Below, piece after piece: positions 19,817 through 30,408 of a DNA stretch of 64,000 nt (position 1 is its first letter; each line of letters begins with the position of its first letter). Made by a program: the position numbers and the translations under genes. The DNA comes from a bacterium (GTDB lineage Bacteria > Oederibacteriota > PGYV01 > Palsa-1178): NCBI GenBank assembly GCA_037138355.1, contig JBAXIL010000003.1, forward strand, positions 1 to 64,000, written 5' to 3'. The notes under the pieces were generated by a model. That model worked only from the letters and a program-made list of their open reading frames with translations. It was not told the DNA's origin and ran no database searches.

Positions 19817-19923
19817 TTAAATAATGCTATTATTAAAGGCTTTTATTACTATTTTCATTTTAATCTCGTTATTTGCCTTTAAATTGTGCTATTTTCAATA
19901 TTATTGCCCTTATTGCTTACTTA

Positions 19924-20592
19924 TTATTTGTTTTTATTTCCATTATTTACAAAAACTTCTTTCATTGTAATTTTTTCCTGCGATTCTTTTTGCAATAGAA
20001 ATATAGCTTCTTCAGCAAATATATTTTCAAGTCCCATTTTGTTATTTGTTTTTGTTTCTCTTCCAACAAGGTATATTTCTTTTAATAGTTTAATATTATT
20101 GTTTTTGCAAAATTTTTTAAAATCTTTGATTGTGAGTTGATGTACATTAGGAGTACTAAACCATTCAAATGGCAGTACTTCTGATTTGGGCATTTCGCCA
20201 TTGAAAAGGAATTTAAATCTAAGCTTATAATAGGCAAAGTTTGGAAAAGTGACAATAACCTTTTTACCAACACGAGCTATCTGATTTAGCATAAAATCAG
20301 GCCTTTTAACAGCCTGCAATGTTTCCGAAAGTATTACATAATCAAAAGACTGATCCTTATAATTATATATACCTGCTTCTATATCTTCCTGTATTACAGA
20401 CACTCCCCGCTTAATGCACTTTAAAACTTCATCTGTATTAATATCTACTCCGAGTCCATATACATTTCTTCTATTATATAGAAGTTCAAGAAGTTCCCCA
20501 TCTCCGCAGCCCAAATCAAGAACGCGTGAATTATCCTCAATCATATTCACAATTTCTTCATATGTATGCTTTAAGTAAACTTCTTTTAACAT
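19924..20592 (-). CDS. metW: Methionine biosynthesis protein MetW
   Basis: VLDLGCGDG, FPNFA, W..TPN.H; follows metX. Confidence 0.93.
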   Translation of the reverse strand: MLKEVYLKHTYEEIVNMIEDNSRVLDLGCGDGELLELLYNRRNVYGLGVDINTDEVLKCIKRGVSVIQEDIEAGIYNYKDQSFDYVILSETLQAVKRPDFMLNQIARVGKKVIVTFPNFAYYKLRFKFLFNGEMPKSEVLPFEWFSTPNVHQLTIKDFKKFCKNNNIKLLKEIYLVGRETKTNNKMGLENIFAEEAIFLLQKESQEKITMKEVFVNNGNKNK

Positions 20593-20611
20593 TTCAAACT
20601 CCTTTAAGTCA

Positions 20612-20670
20612 AGTTGTAAGTTTTAAACTACAAGTTTTAAGATGTTTCTACAAACTCAAAACTTTAAACT
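20612..20670. repeat. 7-nt-periodic imperfect inverted repeat, copy C
   Basis: AGTTGTA AGTTTTA AACTACA AGTTTTA AGATGTT tct ACAAACT CAAAACT TTAAACT. Confidence 0.7.
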
Positions 20671-20690
20671 GCCCTTATCTGCCTTTCTCT

Positions 20691-21881
20691 TCATTTAATG
20701 TGTATTAAAAAGTTTTTAAAAGCCATTCCAAGTATTTTATTTTCTGCAACTGTCTTTTTTTCAAGTAAAAAGGCATCGTGCCCATGTATTGATTCTATTT
20801 CTATATAAGATACATCTTTATTATTAAGAGTTAAGGCCTGCACTATTTGTTTTGCTTGCGCTGGAGAGAATAACCAATCAGAAGTAAAAGATACCATGAG
20901 GACTTCCGCTTTTACCCTTTTCATTGCTTTATTAAGATTTCCTCCGCCATACTTTTCATCTACATCGAAATAATCCATGGCTTTTGTTACATAAAGGTAT
21001 GCATTTGCATCAAATCTGTCTACAAATTTTTTACCCTGATGTGCAAGATAACCTTCAACTGCAAATCCATTTTCAAACTCTTTTTCAAAAGGAGTCATGG
21101 ATTCAGCCATCTCACGATCCTCAAGCTTGCGTCCAAACTTAATTTCCATCCCTTGTTCACTCAAATATGATATATGTCCTATCATTCTTGCTACAGCCAG
21201 TCCTTTTAACTTTGAATTCTTTCCATAATAATTTCCATTTTCCCACTTACTATCCATTTTTATCGCATTTCTACCCACAGCATCCAAAGCTATTTCCTGT
21301 GCTGATAAAGCAGCAGAAGCAGCTATCACTATTACGCTTTTAGGAATGTCAGGAAACTGCAGTGCCCATTCAAGTGCCTGCATGCCGCCCATAGATCCAC
21401 CAATAGCACTAACAAGTTTTTCTATACCGAGATAATCTAAAAGATTTTTTTGAACTTTAACCATATCAGGAATAGTAATTTCAGGAAATTTCATGCCGTA
21501 TTCTTTTTTTGTTGTAGGGTCAATTGAAGCTGGACCAGTAGTACCATAACAGCTTCCAAGGATATTAGAACATATAACAAAATATTTATTAGTATCCATT
21601 GGCTTGCCAGGACCAATCATAAGATCCCACCAACCAGTATTTTTTTTTGGCCCTTTTATATCTTCATCAGTATAATATCCGGCAGCATGCGCACTTCCTG
21701 ATAAAGCATGACATATAAGCAGTACATTTGATTTATCTTTATTGAGTGTGCCATAGGTTTCATAGGCCACAGTGATAGGGCCAAGCTTACCGCCTTTTTC
21801 AAGCAGCATTTCATTAGGAGATTCAGCGAAGGTATAATATTGCGTTTTAACAATCCCTACTGAATCGGGGGGTTTTTCCAT
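20691..21881 (-). CDS. metX: Homoserine O-acyltransferase MetX
   Basis: CHALSG, GWWD, GGSMGG nucleophile, HGHDAFLLE. Confidence 0.96.
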   Translation of the reverse strand: MEKPPDSVGIVKTQYYTFAESPNEMLLEKGGKLGPITVAYETYGTLNKDKSNVLLICHALSGSAHAAGYYTDEDIKGPKKNTGWWDLMIGPGKPMDTNKYFVICSNILGSCYGTTGPASIDPTTKKEYGMKFPEITIPDMVKVQKNLLDYLGIEKLVSAIGGSMGGMQALEWALQFPDIPKSVIVIAASAALSAQEIALDAVGRNAIKMDSKWENGNYYGKNSKLKGLAVARMIGHISYLSEQGMEIKFGRKLEDREMAESMTPFEKEFENGFAVEGYLAHQGKKFVDRFDANAYLYVTKAMDYFDVDEKYGGGNLNKAMKRVKAEVLMVSFTSDWLFSPAQAKQIVQALTLNNKDVSYIEIESIHGHDAFLLEKKTVAENKILGMAFKNFLIHIK

Positions 21882-22001
21882 TTCTGCTTTTTATCTCCTT
21901 CTATTTTATTTGCTTTTTAAATTATAACACAATGACAAAAAAATGATAATACTTTTTTATAGTTTTTCATTTAACCTGTGTTATTTTATGTTCTTCTTTT
22001 A

Positions 22002-22940
22002 TTATCCCACGACATCCTTAAATAACCAAGTTGACAAATATCTTTCCCCAGTATCAGGCAATATCACTACAATTGTCTTACCTTTGTTTTCTGGTCTTTT
22101 AGCAATTTCAATTGCCCCCCATAGTGCAGCGCCACTTGATATGCCAGCTAAAATTCCTTCTTGTTTTGCCAAGTTTCTCGCCGTCTCACCAGCATCAACT
22201 TCTTTTACTCTTATTATCTCGTCAATAACACTTTTATCAAGCACAGAAGGAATAAAATTTGCCCCTATGCCTTGTATTTTGTGTGACCCTGCCTGTCCAG
22301 CTGATAATAATGGAGAATCATCTGGTTCTACCGCAATTATTTTTATGTTTTTATTTTTTTTCTTTAATGTTTCTCCTACTCCAGTAATTGTCCCACCCGT
22401 TCCTATTCCTGATACAAATATATCCACTTTTCCATCTGTATCTTTCCATATCTCTTCGGCAGTGGTTTTTCTGTGTATTTCCGGATTTGCTGGATTATCA
22501 AACTGGCCCATAACTATAGATCCTTTTATTTCTTTACTCAAACTTTCAGCTTTTGCAACTGCACCTTTCATACCTTCTACTCCTGGAGTTAAAACAAGCT
22601 GTGCGCCCAATATTGCAAGAAGTTGTCTGCGTTCCACACTCATAGTATCAGGCATAGTAAGTATAAGTTTGTATCCTTTTGCTGCTGCCGTAAAAGCCAA
22701 TGCCACTCCTGTATTTCCACTTGTAGGTTCTATAAGAGTGTCTCCTGGTTTTATTCTTCCTTTTATTTCAGCATCCTCTATCATTGCTACGCCGATTCTA
22801 TCTTTTACGCTTGATAAAGGATTAAAGGACTCAATCTTTACAAGTACCTGTGTGCCTGACTGTATTCCTACTGTTAATTTATTTATTTTTACTAACGGAG
22901 TGTTTCCAACTGTCTGAGTGATATCATTAAATATTTTCAT
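22002..22940 (-). CDS. cysK: Cysteine synthase A
   Basis: [12 protein letters not shown] lysine, [21 protein letters not shown]; start at MKIF after GGAGG. Confidence 0.97.
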   Translation of the reverse strand: MKIFNDITQTVGNTPLVKINKLTVGIQSGTQVLVKIESFNPLSSVKDRIGVAMIEDAEIKGRIKPGDTLIEPTSGNTGVALAFTAAAKGYKLILTMPDTMSVERRQLLAILGAQLVLTPGVEGMKGAVAKAESLSKEIKGSIVMGQFDNPANPEIHRKTTAEEIWKDTDGKVDIFVSGIGTGGTITGVGETLKKKNKNIKIIAVEPDDSPLLSAGQAGSHKIQGIGANFIPSVLDKSVIDEIIRVKEVDAGETARNLAKQEGILAGISSGAALWGAIEIAKRPENKGKTIVVILPDTGERYLSTWLFKDVVG

Positions 22941-23016
22941 AAATCCTCCTTTTGTAGCCAAAGCCTAAACCCCAGTGGCATTTCTGCCACTTAGGGCATA
23001 AGTTATTAGCCAAAAA

Positions 23017-24309
23017 TTATATTTTACTCAGTGCCTGATCTATGTCTACCTTTATATCTTCTATATTTTCCAATCCTATTGAAAGTCTGATAAAATCATC
23101 AGTTACTCCTGTTGCCAACCTTTCGTCAGCCGTTAACTGTTGATGAGTTGTTGTGGCTGGATGTATAGCAAGCGTTTTTGCATCTCCTATATTTGCTACA
23201 TGTGCTATCAGCTGAAGAGAGTTAATAAACTTCTTACCTGCTTCTATTCCACCTTTTATACCAAATCCAATAATACCACCAGCTCCGTGTTTTAAATATT
23301 TCTTAACTTTTTCTTTTTCTGGACTGTTGTCAAGTCCAGGATAATTTACCCATGCAACTTTAGGATGCTTTTCAAGATACTTTGCAATTGCAAGTGCATT
23401 TTCAGAATGCTTTTCATATCTTAAATGTAGGGTTTCAATACCTTGTAATATCTGAAAAGCATTAAAAGGAGAAAGTGCTGGTCCTAAATCTCTCAAAAGA
23501 ACAACTCTGGCTTTAATTATATATGCTATATTTCCTATCGGCTTTAGTGCCTGAACAAAATCCAAATTATGATAACTTGGATCTGGTCCTGAAATAAGTG
23601 GGAACTTACCATTTGTCCAATCAAATTTTCCTGAATCAACTATCACTCCACCAAGTGAAGTTCCGTGTCCACCAAGAAATTTTGTAGCGGAATAAACTAC
23701 AATATCAACTCCAAAATCAATTGGTCTTAAAGTGTATGGGGTAGAAGTGTTATCAAGTATAAGCGGTATTCCATTTTTATGTGCTATCTTTGCTAAGGCT
23801 TCTAAATCTGCTACATCAAGTTTTGGATTTCCTACTGACTCGGCATATATGGCTTTTGTCTTAGGAGTAATTGCCTTTTCAAATCCTGCAAGGTCCGTTG
23901 ATTTCACAAACTTAACATTGATACCAAACTTTTTGAAAGTGTAATGAAATAGATTGTATGTTCCTCCGTAAAGATTATCTGCCGATACAATCTCATCTCC
24001 GTTCTGTGCAATATTTAGCAAAGCGATTGTGATAGCAGATTGTCCGCTTGCAACTGCGAGTGCAGCAGCTCCTCCATCTAATAGTGCCACTCTTTTTTCT
24101 AATACATCAGTAGTCGGATTCATTAGTCTGGTGTAAATGTTTCCAAATTCTGCAAGTGCAAATAAATTTGCAGCATGCTCTGTGGAATTAAACTGATACG
24201 AAGTTGTCTGATAAATCGGGACTGCCAAAGACCCTGTAGTAGGATCTGCCGACTGTCCTCCATGAACTGCGAGTGTTTCTGATTTTAAATTTTTGTCGAT
24301 TTTACTCAT
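23017..24309 (-). CDS. metY: O-acetylhomoserine aminocarboxypropyltransferase (sulfhydrylase)
   Basis: [34 protein letters not shown]; start at MSKI. Confidence 0.95.
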   Translation of the reverse strand: MSKIDKNLKSETLAVHGGQSADPTTGSLAVPIYQTTSYQFNSTEHAANLFALAEFGNIYTRLMNPTTDVLEKRVALLDGGAAALAVASGQSAITIALLNIAQNGDEIVSADNLYGGTYNLFHYTFKKFGINVKFVKSTDLAGFEKAITPKTKAIYAESVGNPKLDVADLEALAKIAHKNGIPLILDNTSTPYTLRPIDFGVDIVVYSATKFLGGHGTSLGGVIVDSGKFDWTNGKFPLISGPDPSYHNLDFVQALKPIGNIAYIIKARVVLLRDLGPALSPFNAFQILQGIETLHLRYEKHSENALAIAKYLEKHPKVAWVNYPGLDNSPEKEKVKKYLKHGAGGIIGFGIKGGIEAGKKFINSLQLIAHVANIGDAKTLAIHPATTTHQQLTADERLATGVTDDFIRLSIGLENIEDIKVDIDQALSKI

Positions 24310-24372
24310 TTCACTTTCTCCTTTTTTTATTTTTGTATTTTTAAATTTCAATTTTTTTATATTTTCTTTCTC

Positions 24373-24456
24373 CTAACTTTTTTCTCCTTTCTTTATTTTT
24401 TGCTTTCGCATGAAATCATCTTTTACCCAAATAACATACTCCTGAATTTTTCTCAT
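24373..24456 (-). CDS. Candidate 27-aa small ORF (not in ORF track)
   Basis: GAGGAG RBS then MRKIQEYVIWVKDDFMRKQKIKKGEKS*, between rrf2 and metY. Confidence 0.45.
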   Translation of the reverse strand: MRKIQEYVIWVKDDFMRKQKIKKGEKS

Positions 24457-24469
24457 TTTTTGGCTCCTC

Positions 24470-24940
24470 TTATATTTGATAAACAAATTGTTCTACTGAC
24501 TTTTTCTTCCTTGCTTGTTCCATTTCAACCAGGTTTCTAAAACTAATATTATCTACTATATTTGATATTGCTTCATTTACATTTTCCCAAATAGGTTTCA
24601 ACACGCATCTTGCTTCAAAATCACAGGATTGATATGCTGACCGTGATACACATGCTATAGGAGCCAATGGTCCATCAATTAACCTTATGATCTCCCCGAG
24701 CTTTATAGACTCTGGCTTTTTTGCTATGGTGTAGCCGCCATTTTTTCCTCTTAGACTTTTTACAAAACCCGCATTTTTCAAAGTAAGCAGTATCTGCTCT
24801 AAAAACTTTTCAGGAATATCCTGATCCTTTGATATTTCATGTATTTGACTATACGAATCAGTTCCGTTTTCCCTGATATATCTTGCAGCAAGATATAACA
24901 ACGATTTGATTGCATAATCTCCTTTATATGTTATCTTCAT
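24470..24940 (-). CDS. Rrf2-family transcriptional regulator (IscR/CymR-like)
   Basis: KGDYA, FLEQIL..L, S.RG..GGY, three Cys (CVS..C..C); heads Cys/Met operon. Confidence 0.93.
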   Translation of the reverse strand: MKITYKGDYAIKSLLYLAARYIRENGTDSYSQIHEISKDQDIPEKFLEQILLTLKNAGFVKSLRGKNGGYTIAKKPESIKLGEIIRLIDGPLAPIACVSRSAYQSCDFEARCVLKPIWENVNEAISNIVDNISFRNLVEMEQARKKKSVEQFVYQI

Positions 24941-24962
24941 TTTGTCACTCCTTTTCTATATA

Positions 24963-25018
24963 TTGTCTATCGCCTTTGTCGGCAAGATAAATATAACAAA
25001 GTCCATAGATTTTGTCAA
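24963..25018 (-). promoter_or_regulatory. Promoter plus candidate Rrf2 operator
   Basis: TTGACA-17-TATATT (25018-24990), followed by imperfect palindrome TTGCCGAC-N7-ATAGACAA (24985-24963). Confidence 0.7.
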
Positions 25019-25181
25019 CAAGTATTTTAAGATATTTTGAAGTATTTTATATGCATTAAAAGTCTATGGCAGCATGTATTAAATGACATTATATATAATA
25101 AAACAATATTTTTTCTGTATTGCTCATCAATTCATTCAATAATATATGTTATACTAATTCATAAATTCATAGGAGTATTAA

Positions 25182-25754
25182 ATGAAAAATAAAATTTTAC
25201 TTAATGTATGCTGTGCACCTGATGCAACACATACTATCAATGCTCTCCGCGAAGAAGGTTTTGAACCTGTGACATTTTTTTATAATCCAAATATACATCC
25301 AAAAAATGAATATTATAAACGCGTGGAAGATATGAAAAAACTTGCAGCACACACACACACAGAAAATATAGAAGACCTTGCTTATGATATTGAGGAATGG
25401 TTTAGTTTATGTAAACCATTTGCCAAAGAACCTGAACGGGGAAAACGCTGTGAAGTTTGTTTTGATATGAGAATGGACAAAAGCGCAGAAAAAGCCAAAG
25501 AACTTGGAATTGAGATATTTGCTACCACCCTTACTATCTCTCCACATAAAGATACTGCTCTCATCAACAAGCTTGGAAATAATGCTGCAAAAAAATATGG
25601 AATTAAATATTATGAATCAAATTTCAAGAAAAAAGATGGTTTTAAAAAATCAATCGTATTATCAAAAGAACACGACTTATATAGACAGGACTACTGCGGA
25701 TGTTCATATTCATTACTTGATAGATTAAAACAGAAACGAAAAGATATTATTTAA
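25182..25754 (+). CDS. queH: Epoxyqueuosine reductase QueH
   Basis: CCAPD, FYNPNIHP, RC..C, TTL.ISPHK, YRQDYCGC. Confidence 0.93.
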   Translation: MKNKILLNVCCAPDATHTINALREEGFEPVTFFYNPNIHPKNEYYKRVEDMKKLAAHTHTENIEDLAYDIEEWFSLCKPFAKEPERGKRCEVCFDMRMDKSAEKAKELGIEIFATTLTISPHKDTALINKLGNNAAKKYGIKYYESNFKKKDGFKKSIVLSKEHDLYRQDYCGCSYSLLDRLKQKRKDII

Positions 25755-28700
25755 TGTCACTTCTGTTTTTTCTTTTTCCTTCTACTGCCTCATAAACTAC
25801 TGGTATTACAACAAGCGTTAAAAATGTTGATGTAATCAAACCACCTATGACAGCTATCGGCATCGTCTTTGCCATAATTATTGACTCACCAAAACCAAAG
25901 GCAAGTGGCAACATACCAAAAATCATAGAGAATGTAGTCATTAAAATTGGTCTTAACCTTATAGGACCCGCATGAATAAGAGCTTCTCTGGCATTCATTC
26001 CTTCTGCCCTTTTTTGATTTGTAAAATCTATTAACAAAATACCGTTTTTTGCCACAAGTCCAAGCACCATTAATAATCCTATCATAGCCATAATATCAAG
26101 CTGCTGCCCTGTCATTAGTAGAGCAAGAAAAGCCCCTATAACAGCCAATGGTACAGAAATCATAAGTATTAAAGGTTGAGTGAGCGAATTATATAATGAT
26201 GCAAGTATCATATACATAAAAAGTAATGCCAGCAACATAGCAGCCCCCATTTGAAAAACTGTTTCATTAAGTTGTGAAGCTTGTCCTCCAAAACTATAAT
26301 CATACCCATAAGGTATTTTTACTTTTTTCTTTATTGATTGTTTCAATGCATTAATTACATCACCTAAAGCATAATTTTGCTTTATATTGCCTGTCACTTT
26401 TATTATGCGTTTTTTATTTTCTCTTTTTATTTCAACCGGTCCTGCTCCATAACTCAAATTAGCCACTGCAGCCAAAGGGACTTTAAGCCCATTATTACTT
26501 GTTAACATTATTCCTTTTAGTGATGCTATTGTTTTTTTCTCAGTTGCAGAAAGTTCCATTATTATAGGATACTCTTTTTCGCCTTTTCTAAATCGTGATA
26601 TTTCTTTTCCATTTACAAGTAGATTTATTACTGCTCCAATATCATAAGTCGATATTCCGAGTTTTGAAGCCTTAACTCTATCAGCTATTATTGAAATCTC
26701 AGGTTTTCCTGGCCTGTAAGTTGAATTCATATCTGCTACCCCTTGAGTTTCTTCAGCTGCTTTTTTTATTTGAGTGGCAATAGCTTCAATCACTTTTATA
26801 TCTTTGCCTGTTACATTAATGGTAATTGCAAAACTATCACCACCACCTGATAAGACAGCTCCAGATCCTGTATCCTGTAAAATCAAAAGTACATCTTTTC
26901 CAAGCACTGCACTTAATTTTTTATATTCTTCCATACTTGCAACAGTAGATTTTCTCCCACCTTTTTTTAGCTTTGCATATATACTTCCGAGATTTTTTGC
27001 TGCAGTGCCCCTACTACCTTCTCCTCCTGATACAACATAATACTTTTCTATATCATGTACTGTTTTCAAATATGCTTCCACAAGTTTCATTTTTTCATCA
27101 ACAACTTTAATAGTTGCATCTGGTCTACATTCTATACTATATTCAATATCTCCATAATCTGAATCCGGCATAAAAGCAATACCTATAAAAAATACCGCCA
27201 TTATTGAAAGTATCATTAATCCAAGAGTTCCTGTAATAACTGTTTTTTTATGATTTAAAGCCCAAACCAAAATTTGCTCATATAGTTCTTTTACATTTTG
27301 ATAAAAAGCTTCCCACTTTTCATGTATGATATCAAGAATCTTTAATATTCCAGTTCTTTGTTTTTTTACTTCTTCTTTTTTCCACCAGTAAGCCGATAAC
27401 ATAGGTGCCGTTGTAAAAGCATCTACAAGAGATATTAGCAGTGCAAAAGCTATCGTGAGCCCAAATTGTTTAAAGAACTGACCAACCACACCATTTAAAA
27501 ATGATATGGGTATAAATACGGCCATGATAGTGGCAGTTGTAGCTATAACAGCAAGAGCGACCTCATTTGTTCCTTTTATAGCTGCTTCCTTAGGACTCAT
27601 CCCTTTTTCTAAATATCTAAAAATATTCTCACGCACAACTATAGAATCGTCAATTAACAGTCCAATAGAAAGGGAAAGAGCAAGCAGCACCATCATGTTT
27701 ATTGTAAAACCTGCAATATGAATAAAAAAGAATGCCCCCAACAATGAATTTGGTAGAGCAATTGCAGTTATCATAGTTGACCTAAAGGAACCTAAAAATA
27801 ACCAAACAATTAACATGGCACAAAGAGCACCAAGAAATATATCACCTTGAAGCCCGTCTATTGACTGTTCCACATACTTTGTTGGATCTCTAAAAATTTC
27901 AAAATTAACATCTGCAGGAAGTTTTTTATTTATGTCTTTTACCTTATTTTTAACAAGTCTTGCTATTTCTACGCTGTTTTCTCCAGATTGTTTGTAAACT
28001 CCAAATATCAACGCATTCTCCCCATTTACACGCGAACGCCTAACTTCATCCTTTAATCCAAAAGTCACCTTTGCTATATCTTTTATTCTCACAGTACTTT
28101 CACCATAGGTTTTAACAACTGTATTTTCTATTTCAGACAATGAATCAAACCTTCCTTTTATTCTCACATCAATACTACTATTAACCTTGTCAATATTTCC
28201 AGCCGGGATATTAATATTTTCTTTATTTATGGCCTCCATGACTTGATTAAAAGAAATCATTCGAGCTGACAGTGCTGCTTTATCAATAGTTATTTTTACT
28301 GCTCTGTCTTGACCTCCCCACAAATCTACTCTTCCAACTCCCTTTATTTTTTCTATATCTGGTTTAATTGAATCTTCAACAATTTCTTTTAATTCTGCTA
28401 AATCTTTTTTCCCCTTAATAGACATAGAAACTACTGGTATCCATTCTGCCGCAGAAAATCGATCTACAGATGGTTCCTGTGCATCATCTGGCAATTTCCA
28501 TTTTGCTTTGTTTACTGCATCACGCACCCTTGTTTCTGCATATTTCACATCTGCTCCAAGAGAAAATCTCGCTGTTATTACCGATATCGATTCGGCTGAA
28601 GTCGATGATAAAGTATCGAGCCCTTCTACAACTGCAAGAGCATCTTCCAGAGGTTTTGTTACAAGATTTTCAATTTCTTCAGCTGAGGAACCAGCATATA

Positions 28701-28848
28701 TAGTAGTAACTGATAAGGTAGGATATTCTATATCAGGCAACATATCTACACCCATTGATTTATAACCAATTAAGCCAAGAACAATTATGGAAACTACTAT
28801 CATAATCACAAAGATAGGTCTCTTTATTGCTAATTCTGATATATTCAT
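25747..28848 (-). CDS. RND efflux permease, copy 2
   Basis: GLLIDDSIVVREN, AKNGILL, RLRPILMTT; 1033 aa. Confidence 0.97.
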   Translation of the reverse strand: MNISELAIKRPIFVIMIVVSIIVLGLIGYKSMGVDMLPDIEYPTLSVTTIYAGSSAEEIENLVTKPLEDALAVVEGLDTLSSTSAESISVITARFSLGADVKYAETRVRDAVNKAKWKLPDDAQEPSVDRFSAAEWIPVVSMSIKGKKDLAELKEIVEDSIKPDIEKIKGVGRVDLWGGQDRAVKITIDKAALSARMISFNQVMEAINKENINIPAGNIDKVNSSIDVRIKGRFDSLSEIENTVVKTYGESTVRIKDIAKVTFGLKDEVRRSRVNGENALIFGVYKQSGENSVEIARLVKNKVKDINKKLPADVNFEIFRDPTKYVEQSIDGLQGDIFLGALCAMLIVWLFLGSFRSTMITAIALPNSLLGAFFFIHIAGFTINMMVLLALSLSIGLLIDDSIVVRENIFRYLEKGMSPKEAAIKGTNEVALAVIATTATIMAVFIPISFLNGVVGQFFKQFGLTIAFALLISLVDAFTTAPMLSAYWWKKEEVKKQRTGILKILDIIHEKWEAFYQNVKELYEQILVWALNHKKTVITGTLGLMILSIMAVFFIGIAFMPDSDYGDIEYSIECRPDATIKVVDEKMKLVEAYLKTVHDIEKYYVVSGGEGSRGTAAKNLGSIYAKLKKGGRKSTVASMEEYKKLSAVLGKDVLLILQDTGSGAVLSGGGDSFAITINVTGKDIKVIEAIATQIKKAAEETQGVADMNSTYRPGKPEISIIADRVKASKLGISTYDIGAVINLLVNGKEISRFRKGEKEYPIIMELSATEKKTIASLKGIMLTSNNGLKVPLAAVANLSYGAGPVEIKRENKKRIIKVTGNIKQNYALGDVINALKQSIKKKVKIPYGYDYSFGGQASQLNETVFQMGAAMLLALLFMYMILASLYNSLTQPLILMISVPLAVIGAFLALLMTGQQLDIMAMIGLLMVLGLVAKNGILLIDFTNQKRAEGMNAREALIHAGPIRLRPILMTTFSMIFGMLPLAFGFGESIIMAKTMPIAVIGGLITSTFLTLVVIPVVYEAVEGKRKNRSDIK

Positions 28849-28893
28849 GTCTTTCTCCCCGATCGATTATATTAATAATAAAATAACAATTTT

Positions 28894-29787
28894 TTACTGA
28901 GTACTTACTTTCGTTCCATCACTTAACTTAAAATTACCTTCTACTATCACATTTGTGCCTTCCATAAGTCCGTTTCTAATTTCTACTTCTGCCCCTGCCA
29001 TATAGCCTAATTCAACATCCACTCTTTTTGCTACATTATTAGAAACTATATACACATAAGTTTTTCCATCTCCCATTAAAACTGCATTTTCTGGAAGCAT
29101 GATTCCTTTTCTTTTTCCTGCATATACAGTTACTTCTACTGAGGAACCAGGTTTAATAATTCTATCAACATTCATTCCCTTTACTATTACAGTTCCTGAC
29201 ATAGTATCCTTATCTATAAATGGAGTTAAAGAATATACTTTTGCTTTAATTTCTGCTAATTTACCATAAACTGTTTTAATAGATGCTTCCATGCCATTTT
29301 TGAGCTTTGCCATATCCTCTTCACCAATATTCAAAACTACTTTTATATGCTCTGGATCTGCTACTTCAGCTACTGGATATTGAGTTGAAACAGCCATTCC
29401 ATTATCAAAGTAATATATTCTTGTCACAATACCACTTACTGGAGACTTTATTGGTACCAATTTATATTTCATACCAACAATATCGCGATTGATATATAGA
29501 ATTACATCATTTTTCTTAACAGAAGTACCTTCTCTCATTTTGGTTCTTTCAAATTTTCCTGATACAACTGGATATATTTTTATTTGCGGATCGCCTTCTG
29601 CTACACCTTGCATGACAACACTTTCATTTATTTCCTTTAGTTCAGCTTGAATTACGGAAACACGAATTACACTTTCTTCTACCTTCGTGCCTGACTTAAG
29701 TATTTTAAAAGTTATTTGAAATACTATTATTACTAATATTATGCCAAAAAATATTAAAGAACCTTTTTTTACTTTTGAAATATTCAT
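28894..29787 (-). CDS. RND periplasmic adaptor (MFP), copy 2, no alpha-hairpin
   Basis: N-terminal TM, VSGK..EG..VKK and IKSPVSG lipoyl halves, V..G...VEI..GL..G C-terminus. Confidence 0.9.
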   Translation of the reverse strand: MNISKVKKGSLIFFGIILVIIVFQITFKILKSGTKVEESVIRVSVIQAELKEINESVVMQGVAEGDPQIKIYPVVSGKFERTKMREGTSVKKNDVILYINRDIVGMKYKLVPIKSPVSGIVTRIYYFDNGMAVSTQYPVAEVADPEHIKVVLNIGEEDMAKLKNGMEASIKTVYGKLAEIKAKVYSLTPFIDKDTMSGTVIVKGMNVDRIIKPGSSVEVTVYAGKRKGIMLPENAVLMGDGKTYVYIVSNNVAKRVDVELGYMAGAEVEIRNGLMEGTNVIVEGNFKLSDGTKVSTQ

Positions 29788-29818
29788 AAAAATCCTCCTG
29801 TTTTATTAACATTAGAAA

Positions 29819-30268
29819 TTACAGCTTAAACCTTTTAGTAACAATCTCTTTTGTTCTATTGACTATGGTCGTTGCAAGTTTTCTCTCGAGTACACCAAGA
29901 TTTGAAAGATATTTATTAATATATTCTATTCCTATCAACCTATTATAATTTACAAGTTTTTTTCCTTTTTCTGTTATTGTCATAATCACCTTGCGCCTAT
30001 CATTCTGTGCACTTTTTCTTGAAGCGTAGCCTTTCCCCACAAGCACTGATATAGTATCCGTCATTGTTGGCATTTTAACTCCTGCCAGCTTTGATAAGAT
30101 CCCCATAGTCATTTCTTCGCCATCATAAAGATAATACAATGCTGTTATCTGTGAAAAGTTAAGTTTTTCCATACCTCCCTGAAATATTTCTATTTCACGG
30201 TTTGAACGCACAGCGCGGACAATATCAACTATATCTGAAAATATCTTTTCAGCATCTCTTGTACTCAT
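29819..30268 (-). CDS. MarR-family regulator
   Basis: LV.KGY..R...NDRR.V..ITEKG winged-helix motif. Confidence 0.92.
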   Translation of the reverse strand: MSTRDAEKIFSDIVDIVRAVRSNREIEIFQGGMEKLNFSQITALYYLYDGEEMTMGILSKLAGVKMPTMTDTISVLVGKGYASRKSAQNDRRKVIMTITEKGKKLVNYNRLIGIEYINKYLSNLGVLERKLATTIVNRTKEIVTKRFKL

Positions 30269-30297
30269 TTTGTATCTCCTTTATTTAGTCATATATA

Positions 30298-30342
30298 ATA
30301 TTTAGGCAGTCCTAAGTATATAATACATTATTATTTTGTCAA
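30298..30342 (-). promoter_or_regulatory. Promoter with overlapping MarR-type operator
   Basis: TTGACA-16-TATACT; palindrome ATATTTAGG CAGT CCTAAGTAT (30298-30319). Confidence 0.75.
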
Positions 30343-30360
30343 GACAATATTGATAGGGGA

Positions 30361-30397
30361 AAATAAAAAAGCGCGGTTTCCCGCGCTTTTTTATTTT
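30361..30397 (-). terminator. Intrinsic terminator after RND copy 1
   Basis: AAATAAAAAAGCGCGG TTTC CCGCGCTTTTTTATTT. Confidence 0.9.
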
Positions 30398-30408
30398 AGC
30401 ATTTTTTA

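Noticed and set aside
21882..22001. SAM riboswitch or T-box before metX
   Set aside because: Region is nearly pure A/T with no aptamer motifs
21943..22917. 324-aa antisense ORF over cysK
   Set aside because: Shadow ORF of a conserved gene
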